This document shows, in pieces, positions 10,489-21,194 of a stretch of DNA of 64,000 nucleotides. This DNA is from an uncultured Alphaproteobacteria bacterium (lineage in GTDB: Bacteria; Pseudomonadota; Alphaproteobacteria; MPNO01; UBA2964), in the NCBI GenBank assembly GCA_951812775.1, contig OX638326.1, positions 4,015,897-4,079,896 of the forward strand, given 5' to 3'. The notes beneath the pieces were generated by a model. The model did not search any database. It had not been told where the DNA came from and saw nothing but the letters and a program-made list of their open reading frames with translations. Made by a program: the position numbers and the translations under genes. Each line of letters begins with the position of its first letter. Position 1 is the first letter of the stretch.

Positions 10489-11370
10489 ATGCATTGGGCA
10501 GACAGACGCGAACGGTTTAGGGCCCTTATTGAAGGTGAGCGGTGTGTCCACCCGGGGTCGGTTTTTGATCCAATTTCCGCGCGTATCGCTGAAGAGTTGG
10601 GCTTTGAAGTCGGCATGTTCGCAGGGTCGGTTGCGTCGCAGGCTGTTCTTGGTTCCCCTGATCTCATTGTTCTTAGCTTGTCAGAATTTGCGGAGCAGGC
10701 CTATCGGATTTGCCGGGCCGGCAATCTTTCTCTTCTGGTCGATGCGGATCATGGGTACGGCAATGCGCTGAACGTCAGACGGACGGTTGAAGAGCTTGAG
10801 ACAGCAGGCGTGGCGGCGCTCACGATTGAAGATACCGAACTGCCGCAGAGTTACGGGACGGTTGGTGGGACCAGGCTGATCCCGATTGAGGAAGGCGTTG
10901 GCAAGATGAAGGCTGCGCTCGACGGGCGTCAGGACCCAAGCCTTGTTGTAGCCGGACGCACCAGCGCTATGGGAATTACAGGACCAGAGGACACTGTGGC
11001 CCGCATAAAAGCATACGAAGCGGTTGGCGTAGATGCCGTATTCCTGTCCGGCGTCACCAATACTGAGCAACTTGCGGCGGTCTCCGATGCAGTGAATATT
11101 CCCATTTTTCTCGGTGGGGCAGCATCAGCCCTCGATGATCTGGACTCTCTTAGTGCGGCAGGTGTGCGTATTTGTTTACAGGGGCACCAGCCTTTCCAGG
11201 CTGCAGTCAAAGCAACCTATGACACGCTCAAAGCCCTGCGGGATGGAACGCCCCCCTCGGAAATCGACACAATCGCGCCAAAGGATATGATGAAACGCCT
11301 GACCCGCGAAGATGATCATCGCCAGTGGATGCAAGACTGGCTCGGGGGCGAGCTAGCGGAACGGGATTAA
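10489..11370 (+). CDS. Isocitrate lyase/PEP mutase family protein (oxaloacetate decarboxylase-like)
   Basis: VDADHGYGNALNV, TIED, GRTSA motifs. Confidence 0.85.
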   Translation: MHWADRRERFRALIEGERCVHPGSVFDPISARIAEELGFEVGMFAGSVASQAVLGSPDLIVLSLSEFAEQAYRICRAGNLSLLVDADHGYGNALNVRRTVEELETAGVAALTIEDTELPQSYGTVGGTRLIPIEEGVGKMKAALDGRQDPSLVVAGRTSAMGITGPEDTVARIKAYEAVGVDAVFLSGVTNTEQLAAVSDAVNIPIFLGGAASALDDLDSLSAAGVRICLQGHQPFQAAVKATYDTLKALRDGTPPSEIDTIAPKDMMKRLTREDDHRQWMQDWLGGELAERD

Positions 11371-11969
11371 GAATCCCGTAGCTGTTTTCGCCACTTCCAC
11401 CATGTAAGCAATGCGAAGGCGGGCGCGCCTACGGCAGCACCGACGACGAAAGGCATTTGCCAGCCTAGCCAGACGATGGGAGCAAACAAGTAGAGCACAT
11501 CGTCAAAATCAAAGCCCCAAATGCCGGGATAGGCTTTGTCTCCGGTATCGCTATTCATCTGATCGATCTTTTCGGCATAGATTTCAGCAGCGAATACGCC
11601 TGCTGTTCCCATTGCGCCCATCAATATGATCCTGTTTCCGAAATAGCCGTCGCGCAGTCCGATACCGGCCCCAATGAAAAACAAAGACGTCACAGTGATA
11701 TCGCAAAACATGTCATAGCGATGGCCTCCCGGCGTGATCTTGCCCGTCAGCCGTGCCAGTTCACCATCCGCACGATCCATGAACGCAGAGAACAGCCACA
11801 ACCAGCCACCCCATATCTCCCACTGCCGATCGCCAACGGCGAAAGCAGCGCATGCGGCAACGCCGGTTATTAGCCTCACCGTTGTCAGGTGGTTGGGCGT
11901 GACCGGCGTATTGGCAAGTGGCGCAATACAGACTTTTGCGATTTTGTGAGTCCAGGAATCGCCAACCAT
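11367..11969 (-). CDS. CDP-alcohol phosphatidyltransferase family protein
   Basis: TPNHLT; DRADGELAR...G..YD..CD signature. Confidence 0.88.
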   Translation of the reverse strand: MVGDSWTHKIAKVCIAPLANTPVTPNHLTTVRLITGVAACAAFAVGDRQWEIWGGWLWLFSAFMDRADGELARLTGKITPGGHRYDMFCDITVTSLFFIGAGIGLRDGYFGNRIILMGAMGTAGVFAAEIYAEKIDQMNSDTGDKAYPGIWGFDFDDVLYLFAPIVWLGWQMPFVVGAAVGAPAFALLTWWKWRKQLRDS

Positions 11970-12778
11970 TAGATGTCCTTAAATGTCGATAGGGTGATGT
12001 CCGAATTTTCAACAGCTGCTCTGACGTCCGGCGAGATCAGCGCTTTGAATTCCTGTTTGAATTTAAAGTCGGCGGCGGCGGGATCTATATTCTGCCATTG
12101 TCCGGTCGCCGGGTGAGAAAAGATTTCCGTAACGCCTTCTGGCAATGCCGATAGCGCTGAAAGAAGTCGAGTTTGATCTAGCGTGCCCGTCTCGGTGATT
12201 CCGACAATCTGGTCGTTATAGCGAATGCCCGCACGTCGTAAGCGCCAACGCATGAGGGCGATCCACGGCGATAATAAAATCGCTCCTAGCGTTCTGTCTT
12301 TCTCTGCCGGTAGCCTGATCGCTGTGACAGCAAATTCCTTTGCGCATTCGAGAATAATGCTCAACACGGTTGGGTGAAGATGCATATGGTTGTGGGCATT
12401 TACGTGATCTAATGGCAGACCCGTCTCCCGAAAAGCCATAAATTGAGCGTGAATTTCCGCTCGGAGTTGTTTGCGGGCTTTCGGCGAAAAGAAATACCGG
12501 AAACCCGCTCGAACCAAGTTACTGTCAAACAAACCTTGTGGTGCGATCACTGAAAGTTGGTCAGCGGGGAGTATGGTATTGCCGCGCACGACGACGATGT
12601 GAAGCCCGACACCAAGTTTGGGTAGCTGTTTTGCTCTGGAAACAGCATCTTGTACTTCAGGCTCGCCTACCATCAGGCAGGTCGTTGTCAGAATACCGTT
12701 AGTGTGAGCTGCTTCGATCGCTTCGTTTACCGGAATCGATATGCCGAAATCATCGCCAGTGACGATTAAGCGTTTCAG
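11969..12778 (-). CDS. hpnK: Hopanoid biosynthesis-associated protein HpnK (ChbG/YdjC deacetylase)
   Basis: Frame extends upstream of the tracked ORF to CTG AAA CGC (LKRLIVTGDDFG), overlapping the hpnJ TGA; GLH and DHVNAHNHMH motifs. Confidence 0.85.
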   Translation of the reverse strand: MKRLIVTGDDFGISIPVNEAIEAAHTNGILTTTCLMVGEPEVQDAVSRAKQLPKLGVGLHIVVVRGNTILPADQLSVIAPQGLFDSNLVRAGFRYFFSPKARKQLRAEIHAQFMAFRETGLPLDHVNAHNHMHLHPTVLSIILECAKEFAVTAIRLPAEKDRTLGAILLSPWIALMRWRLRRAGIRYNDQIVGITETGTLDQTRLLSALSALPEGVTEIFSHPATGQWQNIDPAAADFKFKQEFKALISPDVRAAVENSDITLSTFKDI

Positions 12779-14219
12779 ACTGCGTTCTCCCGGCCCCAGA
12801 GGAAGCCGAAGAACTCGACGCCTTCTCGGGCCTGGCGTTTCATAACATTCCAGTCTTTACACATGTCAAAAAACAATGACGCCATCTTTCGCGGTCGAAA
12901 ATAAAAACGTTTGTAGAAGACATCCACCGCTTCAAAAATCTCTTCCTTACTGAGATGTTCATAGTGCAACACACTGTTCTGAACACCGTTCTCGGCAACA
13001 AGTTCATTTCCCTCTTCAGCAACGAGCCAGCCATTCTCGGTCGCCTGTTTATACAGGAAAGTGCCCGGGTAAGCTGCGGGCAGCGAGACCTAAATAGTTT
13101 TAGGATCAATCTCCTGCGCGTACTGGATGGTTTCTTCAATGATGTCACGCGTTTCGCCGGGTAGTCCTACGATAAAGGTGCCGTGAATCAGAATGCCTAA
13201 TTCATGACAGTCGCGCGTAAATTGCTTGGCCTTGGTAACCAAAATTCCTTTTTTGATATTGTTGAGGACTTTCTGGTTGCCGGATTCGTAACCTACAAGA
13301 AGGAGCCGTAATCCGTTCTCCTTCATAATTTTAAGGGTCTCATAAGGCACGTTTGCCTTAGCGTTGCAGGACCAGGTAACGCCAAGCTTCCTAAGTTCTT
13401 TAGCGAGTGCTTCAACGTTCTCGCGGTTGTCGGTTAGCGTGTCATCATCAAAAAAGAACTCTTTGATTTCCGGGAAATTGTCACGCGCGTATTTAATTTC
13501 GGCGGCGACATTCTCGATTGATCTGGTCCGATAGTTGTGGCCGGCAATTGTCTGAGGCCACAGACAAAACGTACAACGGGATTTGGAGCCACGCCCTGTA
13601 TGCAGCCACGCCCTGTATAAAGAGACATATAGGGGTGCAGCATATAGCCGTTATAATAATCGCTGGTGACGAGGTGTTCTTTGTAAATCGGAGTCACCCA
13701 GGGCAGGGAGTCCATATCTTCGATGAGTGGGCGCTTTCCCGTAAAATGCGGTTTGCCGTCTTTGAGGATGGTAATACCGAGAACTTCTTCCAGAGGCTTA
13801 CCTTCAGCGATCTCCTGGATCGTAAAGTCAAATTCGTTGTCGCAAACAAAATCAATGGCAGGTGATGCTACGATTGAGGCTTCATTGTTGATGGCAACAT
13901 GGGCACCACAAAACCCGATTAGAAGACCGGGGTTTTGTTCTTTGAAGAGTTCGGCAACCTTGGTGTCATTGGCGAAGGACGGTGTAGAGGTATAAAGGAC
14001 CAGAAACTTGTAGTCCTTCGCATCCTTTAAAACGTCGTCGACGGACAGACCACGCGCCGGGGCATCGACCAATTTACTATCGGGCACCAGGGCCGCAAGC
14101 TGCGCCAGCCATGTGGGGTACCAGAAAGACTTTACTTCCCGCTTGCATTGATACCTTGAACCCGCACCACCATCATATCCGTCATAGGTTGGTGGGCTCA
14201 AAAAGAGAGTCTTCTTCAT
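12775..14219 (-). pseudogene. hpnJ: Hopanoid radical SAM protein HpnJ, disrupted
   Basis: MKKTLFLSPPTYDGYDGGAGSRY...; a 17-bp duplication at 13585-13618 breaks GRGC-KSRCTFC; in-frame TAG at 13090-13092; further frameshift near 13000. Confidence 0.88.
13585..13618. repeat. 17-bp tandem duplication in hpnJ
   Basis: GGAGCCACGCCCTGTAT followed by GCAGCCACGCCCTGTAT. Confidence 0.9.
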
Positions 14220-14255
14220 TCTATATTCCGTATCCCCTGAAACTATATTCTCAGC

Positions 14256-15363
14256 CTATTTGGCAACCTTCAATCGATTGTCGGCCAAGACAACAAATTC
14301 CCGCTCCCGCCACAGAACTTTCGTTCCGCAAAAACTATAAATTCGTACCGCGAATGATAGCATGTCCCTAACAGGAATCAGCCACGCGCCACAGGACTTA
14401 CCATTCGTAAGCCCACGGCACACTGCATAATGTAAGAACGTCCGCATCCCAAGCGCTATGGCGATTGGCAATAGCGATATAGCGACGGTCGCCCCTAAAG
14501 TGAAGCCGCGTAACCGCCGGGCTGGACAGAGCGAATTGTTCGGGCCCAACGGATTTCGTGGAAAAAGACTCCTTTGAGGTTTTCTTCCAGAATGACATTC
14601 TCGACAATATACGGCACTAACGCGACGTCGTAGCCTTGTTCGACAACGAATTTACCGAGCATGTAATCATCTGCGAGAAAGTCAGCCAGGGCCGGAAAGC
14701 CACCAAATTTGTTCAGTACTGTGCGGCGGACTGCCATCGTTGCGCCGAAGCAGAAGGTCAGCTTGCCAAACATAGTCGGGATGAGGGCAGAAACCAGTCA
14801 TTGACGAACATCGCTCCTGGACGGGAGGCCAAACCTTTGGCTGCCGTTCCGGAGTACAGGCAAGTGCTCGCACCGACCTTGCTATTGGCAAATGGAGCGG
14901 TCACCCGCTTTAAATAATCTGGACTGACCCGCATATCGCTATCGGAAATCACAAATATCTCGTGTTTCGCAATTTTAGCCATATTGGCCAGGTTACTAAT
15001 CTTTTAGTTCGAACCGATTATCTGATCGTCAACAACAAGCGAAATGTCTCTGTCTGGAAATTCATGGATAACAGATTCTACGACAGGAATCGCTGGATCA
15101 TTTTTATCCCGAACCCCAAAAATCACTTGATGTTCAGGGTAATCCTGGCGGCAGAACGAACATAAACTTTCAGCGAGTTCGTGCTCCATGCCACATATAG
15201 GTTTCAAAACGGTCACAGGAAGGTTGTTTGACGCTGGTACAGTGCGTCGTGTCTGATGACGGAATACCAGAACGCGGCCAATCGCCATGATCATGTATCC
15301 CATGGAGAACACGAATAGCGACAGCGCGATACCAGACAGAATTGTAGGTATGGTGAACACCAA
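14256..15363 (-). pseudogene. hpnI: Bacteriohopanetetrol glucosamine glycosyltransferase HpnI (GT2), disrupted
   Basis: VLKPICG, QDYP, GSN*KISNL (TAA at 15004-15006), SDSD, FGATMA, LADDY, RWARTIR spread over several frames. Confidence 0.85.
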
Positions 15364-15452
15364 ACCTGTAACCTCAACCTTCCGTATTAACGCGGGCGCT
15401 ATGTCTAGCGTGTAACCACCGCTTAGACAATCTTTCTGCGGCGTTTCTGTGA

Positions 15453-16475
15453 CTAACTGTTCTCATTTGATCCAGTCTGCATATTCCGCGATTCGCTGGA
15501 ACGCCGCCGACGCAGCAGCGCTTTTCCTTCGGCATGTTGCCAAAATACTAACCCGGGAACGTCAATAAGAAACTCGCGAATTCGGATGGCTAAAGATACA
15601 GCAATGGCGACATCGGGCGTCATGCCGATAAGGCCGCCCAACAAACACCACAAAGGCACCTTCCTGAACGCCATAGCTGTTTGGCACAACAAAGGCGGCA
15701 TCGCTTAGCGTCGAGCTCAGGCTTTTAAGCATAAGGGCTTCCAGGACGCCAATGGGAAACCCCAGAAGCCATGCGGCCAACCAGACTTCTCCTGTTTGCA
15801 AAATGAGGGCACCAAACCGCCATGCTGTCGCCGCGAACAGGGGCCCCTTTGCCGGTAAACCTGTAGAACAATGTCGTCGATTTCTTCTGCGGTATCGATC
15901 TGGTTATTTAGGAATTCAGCCTTCGTGACTTTATGCGCCGATTTTACGGCAATCCCGAAAATTCCGGCCTTCTGAACGACCAAAAATCCTGCGACACCCG
16001 CACCAAGCAAGGCAAGGCCTACTATTCCGGCAGCTACCAACTCGTTATCGAGTGCCATCGTGGACAGCAAGATGACCCCCAGCACGCCCCAAAAGATGAG
16101 CGTAATCACCTGGACGGTTTTGTCGACAATGGTTGAAGCGCTGGCGTGGCGGGCATCGGTTCCCCAAAGCGTAACGACCCGAGCTTTCACGACTTCACCA
16201 CAGATTGAGGCGACAGGAAGCAGCGTATTAACCGCGCGTCCCATCCATTGCGCATAAAAAGCCTGCCAAAAGCTTGGGCGTTGGTCTTCCAGAAACAGCA
16301 AATGCCAGCATCGGGCATTCATAAGAACGGTCGGAAACCAGATTGCCGGCACGAGAAGAAGCATCCCGCCCGAAGCGGCAAGAAGCCCCCAAATCTCTCC
16401 CAATCCTTGCCAGGCAATTAAACCTGTCAGGATGGCAAGGCCAATTACCAGGCCAATGTATGACGCGATTTTCAT
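15453..16475 (-). pseudogene. HpnL/lysylphosphatidylglycerol-synthase TM (flippase-like) protein, frameshifted
   Basis: Hydrophobic protein with AVNTLLP..GEVVK and FVVP..GVQEG motifs split over three frames; directly upstream of hpnI. Confidence 0.75.
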
Positions 16476-16633
16476 AGAGTACTGATTTGATTTCTCCGAC
16501 CTTGTGGTTTTAAGCGGCATAAGCGGCGTTGGCCAGAATCTTGTGAGTAAGGGATGCCAATAACCTTGCGTCGTATATTATGCTCAATTAGACAGAGCGG
16601 GAATCCGAGTGTGGTTCGGCGAGCATTGCCCAG

Positions 16634-17341
16634 ATGACAAATTCAGAAACGACTCCTGAAAACAGGCCAGCCCTGACTAAACCGGAACAGTTATTTCCGT
16701 TGGTTCGGCAATTTTCCTATCGTCTGACGAAACTTCTGATCTTGCGGCCTTTGACGCCAAACCATGTGACGGCGATGTCCCTGTTGTCTGGTCTGGCGGC
16801 GGCATGGTTTTTTGCCCAGGGGATCTATCAGACTGGCGTAATCGGCGGCGCGCTGTTCGTTCTTGGATATACCTTCGACAATTGTGACGGTGAGATCGCG
16901 CGTCTCAAGAACTTGTCATCTGAATTCGGGGCAAAATTCGATGATGTCGTGGATTGGCTGGTAGATAGCGTATTTTTTACAGCACTCGGCTACGGCACCT
17001 GGGTCGCAACCGATAACATTATCTGGTTGTGGTGCGGCGTTGCAGCGACCGCGGGCGCGACAATCGATTATGTCGTCGATCTGTTTTACTACGCCCGAAA
17101 AGAGGCGGAAGAAGACGCTCAAACGCGAGAAGAGCAGGCGGTCGTACAGAAAAAGCCAGAGAACATCATTGATTGGTTGATCTTGATATTCCACAAGTTC
17201 AGTGGTGCCGATTTCTGCATGGTCGTGTTCGTGCTGGCTGTGTTTGATATCCTTTGGCTATTGCTTCCGGCGGCAGCAATTGGCGCTCAAGCCTATTGGA
17301 TCACAGACCTGTTCAAACGTGCTCGGGGCTGGCGGATTTAG
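16634..17341 (+). CDS. CDP-alcohol phosphatidyltransferase family protein
   Basis: TPNHVT; DNCDGEIAR...G..FD..VD. Confidence 0.88.
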   Translation: MTNSETTPENRPALTKPEQLFPLVRQFSYRLTKLLILRPLTPNHVTAMSLLSGLAAAWFFAQGIYQTGVIGGALFVLGYTFDNCDGEIARLKNLSSEFGAKFDDVVDWLVDSVFFTALGYGTWVATDNIIWLWCGVAATAGATIDYVVDLFYYARKEAEEDAQTREEQAVVQKKPENIIDWLILIFHKFSGADFCMVVFVLAVFDILWLLLPAAAIGAQAYWITDLFKRARGWRI

Positions 17342-17352
17342 GCTGATCGAGA

Positions 17353-18834
17353 TTACAGCTTGACGCAGACGTTGCTCATCTCGGTATAAAATTCCATCGA
17401 GTACGTACCGCCTTCGCGCCCGATCCCTGACTGCTTTGATCCACCAAAGGGTGTCCTGAGATCGCGCAGGAACCAGCTATTGATCCAGCAAATACCAACT
17501 TCCATCTGGGGTCCCACGCGATGAGCGCGGGGGAGATCTTCTGTCCAGATAGAGCAGGCGAGACCGTATGATGTGTCGTTCGCCATCGCGACGGCTTCTT
17601 CTTCCGTATCGAAAGGCGTGATATGGCAGCAGGGACCAAAGATTTCTTCCTGAACCACCGCGGAGTCTTCCGGCAGACCGGTCCAGATGGTTGGCTCGAT
17701 CCAGGCGCCGTCGCTCATGCCGTTCATTTCTGGCACGCCACCACCTGTAACAACGGTCGCGCCTTCTTCAGCCGCTTTATTGTAGTAGCTCAGGACTTTT
17801 TCCTGATGCTCTTTGCTGATCAGGGGGCCGAGCGACGTTGAGTCATCTTCAGGCGCACCGCAAACCAGCCCTTCTGCGCCTTCTTTGAGACGGCTAACGA
17901 ACTCTTCAAAGATAGGACGCTCAACATAGACACGCTCAGTGCCGAGGCAAACCTGTCCGCAATTGGCAAAGGCTGAGCGCATCGTACCTTCGATGGCTTT
18001 ATCCATATCGCAATCGGCGAAGACAATGGCCGGGTTCTTGCCACCGAGTTCGAAAGATACATCGCGTACGCCGATAGCGGCGTTTTGCAAGATGGCCTCG
18101 CCTGTGCGCGTTTCACCGGTAAAGGTGATGGCATCAACGTCAGGATGTTTGGTCAAAAATTCTCCGGTGGAGCCTGGTCCCATACCTTGGACGACGTTGT
18201 AGACGCCCGGCGGTACGCCGACATCATTCATAACTTCGCCAAGCAGGGCGGCCGTGGAGGGTGTTTCCTCTGATGGCTTAACAACAACTGTATTGCCACA
18301 GGCGAGGGCAGGGCCCGCTTTCCATGTCATCAAAAGCAAAGGCAGGTTCCACGGGCAAATGATCCCGATGACACCCTTGGGTTTGGTAACCGTATAGTTC
18401 AGGGCACCAGTGCCATCCGGTGTCGGCATCCGGAAGCATTCATCATGATGGTTTTTCATCATATCCGCGAAGACTTCGAAGTTTGCTGCACCACGCGGAA
18501 TATCGAGATGAGAGGTGAGGCTGACCGGCTTGCCGGTATCAGCGACTTCAGCGTCGAGGAAATCATCAAAACGCGCCTGAATACCGCCAACAATCGCTGT
18601 GACGAGCTTCAACCGCTCCGGCAATGGCATTGTGCCCCAAGGCCCCTTAAGCGCGGCTTTGGCAACCCGAACTGCATCATCGACATCGGCTTCGCTTGCT
18701 TCATGAACTATTGATAGAAGAGAACCGTTTACAGGGCTGATATTATTGAATGTTTTTCCTGAACTCCCCGTCCGATATTCGCCGTTAATGAAGTTCATCG
18801 CTTGATGATTGTCAGACTTGTCTGGCGTTGCCAC
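17353..18834 (-). CDS. dmpC: 2-hydroxymuconic semialdehyde dehydrogenase (DmpC/XylG-like)
   Basis: DIPRGAANF, PWNLPLLLMTWK, FELGGKN, GQVCLG, WFLRDLRTPFGG. Confidence 0.88.
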   Translation of the reverse strand: MATPDKSDNHQAMNFINGEYRTGSSGKTFNNISPVNGSLLSIVHEASEADVDDAVRVAKAALKGPWGTMPLPERLKLVTAIVGGIQARFDDFLDAEVADTGKPVSLTSHLDIPRGAANFEVFADMMKNHHDECFRMPTPDGTGALNYTVTKPKGVIGIICPWNLPLLLMTWKAGPALACGNTVVVKPSEETPSTAALLGEVMNDVGVPPGVYNVVQGMGPGSTGEFLTKHPDVDAITFTGETRTGEAILQNAAIGVRDVSFELGGKNPAIVFADCDMDKAIEGTMRSAFANCGQVCLGTERVYVERPIFEEFVSRLKEGAEGLVCGAPEDDSTSLGPLISKEHQEKVLSYYNKAAEEGATVVTGGGVPEMNGMSDGAWIEPTIWTGLPEDSAVVQEEIFGPCCHITPFDTEEEAVAMANDTSYGLACSIWTEDLPRAHRVGPQMEVGICWINSWFLRDLRTPFGGSKQSGIGREGGTYSMEFYTEMSNVCVKL

Positions 18835-18891
18835 TCTATCTCTCCATCGTGAATTTAGGTGTTCGCAACATGTGCAAAATGCGTGGTAAAA

Positions 18892-19074
18892 TCAACTCGC
18901 TTCGACAAAATAGGCGCCTTCGTCGTCGCGCTTTAAAATATCTATCTCGCGTAACTCTCCCCAGGCACGCAGGAACTCCGGCCAGGGCACATCCATATGG
19001 TCATCGACCACGTCGTGAAACTGCTGCGCTTCCGCTTCCAATGCAGTCTTAATCTTTGTTGCCAGCGGGCTCAT
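18892..19074 (-). CDS. Small hypothetical protein coupled to the UbiD gene
   Basis: 60 aa; ATGA overlap with the UbiD stop, GGAGG upstream. Confidence 0.65.
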   Translation of the reverse strand: MSPLATKIKTALEAEAQQFHDVVDDHMDVPWPEFLRAWGELREIDILKRDDEGAYFVEAS

Positions 19075-20426
19075 TCGAAATCCTCCAGCTTGATACGGTC
19101 TCGGCCGTAATTCTTGATCCGGCGGTAGAGAATGGGCGGTACCCCTTCAGGGATCGTCGCATCAATCCCGAGTTTCGCAGTCGTCGGCAGACCGCCTTTG
19201 CCGAGTTCCCAGGATTTAACACTGGGGTCGATATGTTTGGCACGGGCGCCTTTCAGGATCACCGCGTCTTCATCGGCCTGCACCCGGAAGGCAATTGCCC
19301 AATCCAGCTCATCGGGATCATGGATATCGATATCTTCGTCGGTGACGACGACATATTTAACTTCGGCCACCGAGAGCAGGGCTGCCACAGCGTTTTTGCC
19401 CTCACCGGGGCGCTTTTTGATTGAGGCGATTAGCGCCCAATAGCCGCAACCGCCAACAGGTGCCCGGATATCGACCGGTTGTACGCTGGCAACGCGCAAT
19501 GCCTGCAATCCAGCGGCCTCGGTAACCGGTGCGGCGAGCCAGTCATTCTCCCACGGCATTTGCAGCATATAAAAAATCGGATTTTTGCGATGGGTGATGC
19601 ATTTGATGCGGAAGATCGGGTTCCATTTCACATCGCCGGAAATCTGACTGAATTCACCGAACGGGCCTTCATCGGCCGTCCAGCCAATCGGCAACAGCTC
19701 ACCCTCCAGCACCAGCTCGGCATCCGCGGGGACTTCAAGGTCCAACGTCTTGCATTTGACCATTTCCAGCGCTTCACCGCGCAGCCCGCCAGCCAGCGCC
19801 AGCTCATTCGTATCAATTGGTGCTTTATAGGACGCGGCCAGCATATCCAACGGATGAACCCCGACCGCAATGGCGATCGGCAAAGGCTCACCTTTGTCGA
19901 GGGCCCGCTGGTAGTAAAATCGCATGTCGGAGGGCGAAACCAGATCAATCCCGGTTTCCTTGGGTGTCCGATACATTAAGCGGTAACAGCCAACATTGCT
20001 GCCATGCTCGGGGTCTTTCGAGACGGCAAACGTCCCGGAGATATAGGCGCCACCGTCAAACAAATGCATCAGGGGCAGGGGAATGGTCGTCAGGTCGACA
20101 TCATCGCCCTCCATCACGACTTCCTGACATGGCGCGCTATCGACCAATACGGGATCAATCGGTTTGCTGGATTTCTCTTCGAATTCAAACGCAATGCGGT
20201 TTTCCGTGCAGCCCATCGCGATACCGAGCCGTTTGCGCGTCGACACCAGCGCCGTTGCCACCCGCCAGTCGGGATAGCCCTCAATATTCTCAAACATCGT
20301 GGCTTGGTCGGATTGCTCACCGAGGGCCGACAATTGGCGGCAATCGACCGGTTTGGTGATGCGCTTTAGCTCGCCTGCCTTGTCGAGATCGTCCAGAAAA
20401 CTCCGAAACCCAATATCGGCCATCAA
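19071..20426 (-). CDS. UbiD family (prFMN-dependent) decarboxylase
   Basis: NVGCYR, EGPFGEF, VVTDEDIDIHD, WAIAFR, KLGIDAT. Confidence 0.92.
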   Translation of the reverse strand: MMADIGFRSFLDDLDKAGELKRITKPVDCRQLSALGEQSDQATMFENIEGYPDWRVATALVSTRKRLGIAMGCTENRIAFEFEEKSSKPIDPVLVDSAPCQEVVMEGDDVDLTTIPLPLMHLFDGGAYISGTFAVSKDPEHGSNVGCYRLMYRTPKETGIDLVSPSDMRFYYQRALDKGEPLPIAIAVGVHPLDMLAASYKAPIDTNELALAGGLRGEALEMVKCKTLDLEVPADAELVLEGELLPIGWTADEGPFGEFSQISGDVKWNPIFRIKCITHRKNPIFYMLQMPWENDWLAAPVTEAAGLQALRVASVQPVDIRAPVGGCGYWALIASIKKRPGEGKNAVAALLSVAEVKYVVVTDEDIDIHDPDELDWAIAFRVQADEDAVILKGARAKHIDPSVKSWELGKGGLPTTAKLGIDATIPEGVPPILYRRIKNYGRDRIKLEDFE

Positions 20427-20537
20427 TTTTCTCCGCTGAATGCAGCGATCAAACTATCGTAGAGGTCTCATTGGAGTCTAGCGGGGGAGCCCGAAAATCC
20501 CTATCTTAGCAGGACCGAATTACCAGAGAGGTACGCT

Positions 20538-21188
20538 ATGTGGTTTTCGCCGCGAAAATTGGAAATTCCATCCGCAGAGGATGCCTTGCCCGGGCGTGAT
20601 ACGGCTCTGAAAGTGTCCGACAAGCATTTTGCCAATGGAAACCCTTTAAAACCGCCCTTTCCGGATGGCATGGAACAGATTGTGTTCGCCCTCGGCTGTT
20701 TCTGGGGTGCTGAGCGGATTTTCTGGCAAACGCCGGGGGTCTATACGACAGCGGTGGGATATATCGCGGGACATACCAAAAACCCGACTTATGAAGAGGT
20801 CTGCTCGGGTCGAACCGGCCATACGGAAGCTGTTCTGGTGGTTTATGATCCCAAGGAAGTCAGTCTTGATGCTTTGCTCAAGGTATTTTGGGAAGGCCAT
20901 GACCCAACGCAGGGAATGCGTCAGGGCAACGATGTCGGGACGCAATATCGCTCCGGCATTTACACCTATTCAGAGGCGCAAAGAGAAACGGTGCTTGCTT
21001 CTTACGAGAAATTTGGTGAAGCGTTGGCGGCGGCTGGCCATACCGGTATCACGTCTCAGGTCATCGAGGCACCGGAGTTTTATTATGCCGAGGATTATCA
21101 CCAGCAATATCTCGCCAAAAACCCTGCTGGCTATTGCGGGTTGGGTGGCACCGGTGTGACTTGTCCGATGCCAGCGGCGGCGGAATAG
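20538..21188 (+). CDS. msrA: Peptide-methionine (S)-S-oxide reductase
   Basis: [25 protein letters not shown]. Confidence 0.96.
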   Translation: MWFSPRKLEIPSAEDALPGRDTALKVSDKHFANGNPLKPPFPDGMEQIVFALGCFWGAERIFWQTPGVYTTAVGYIAGHTKNPTYEEVCSGRTGHTEAVLVVYDPKEVSLDALLKVFWEGHDPTQGMRQGNDVGTQYRSGIYTYSEAQRETVLASYEKFGEALAAAGHTGITSQVIEAPEFYYAEDYHQQYLAKNPAGYCGLGGTGVTCPMPAAAE

Positions 21189-21194
21189 GGTTTT

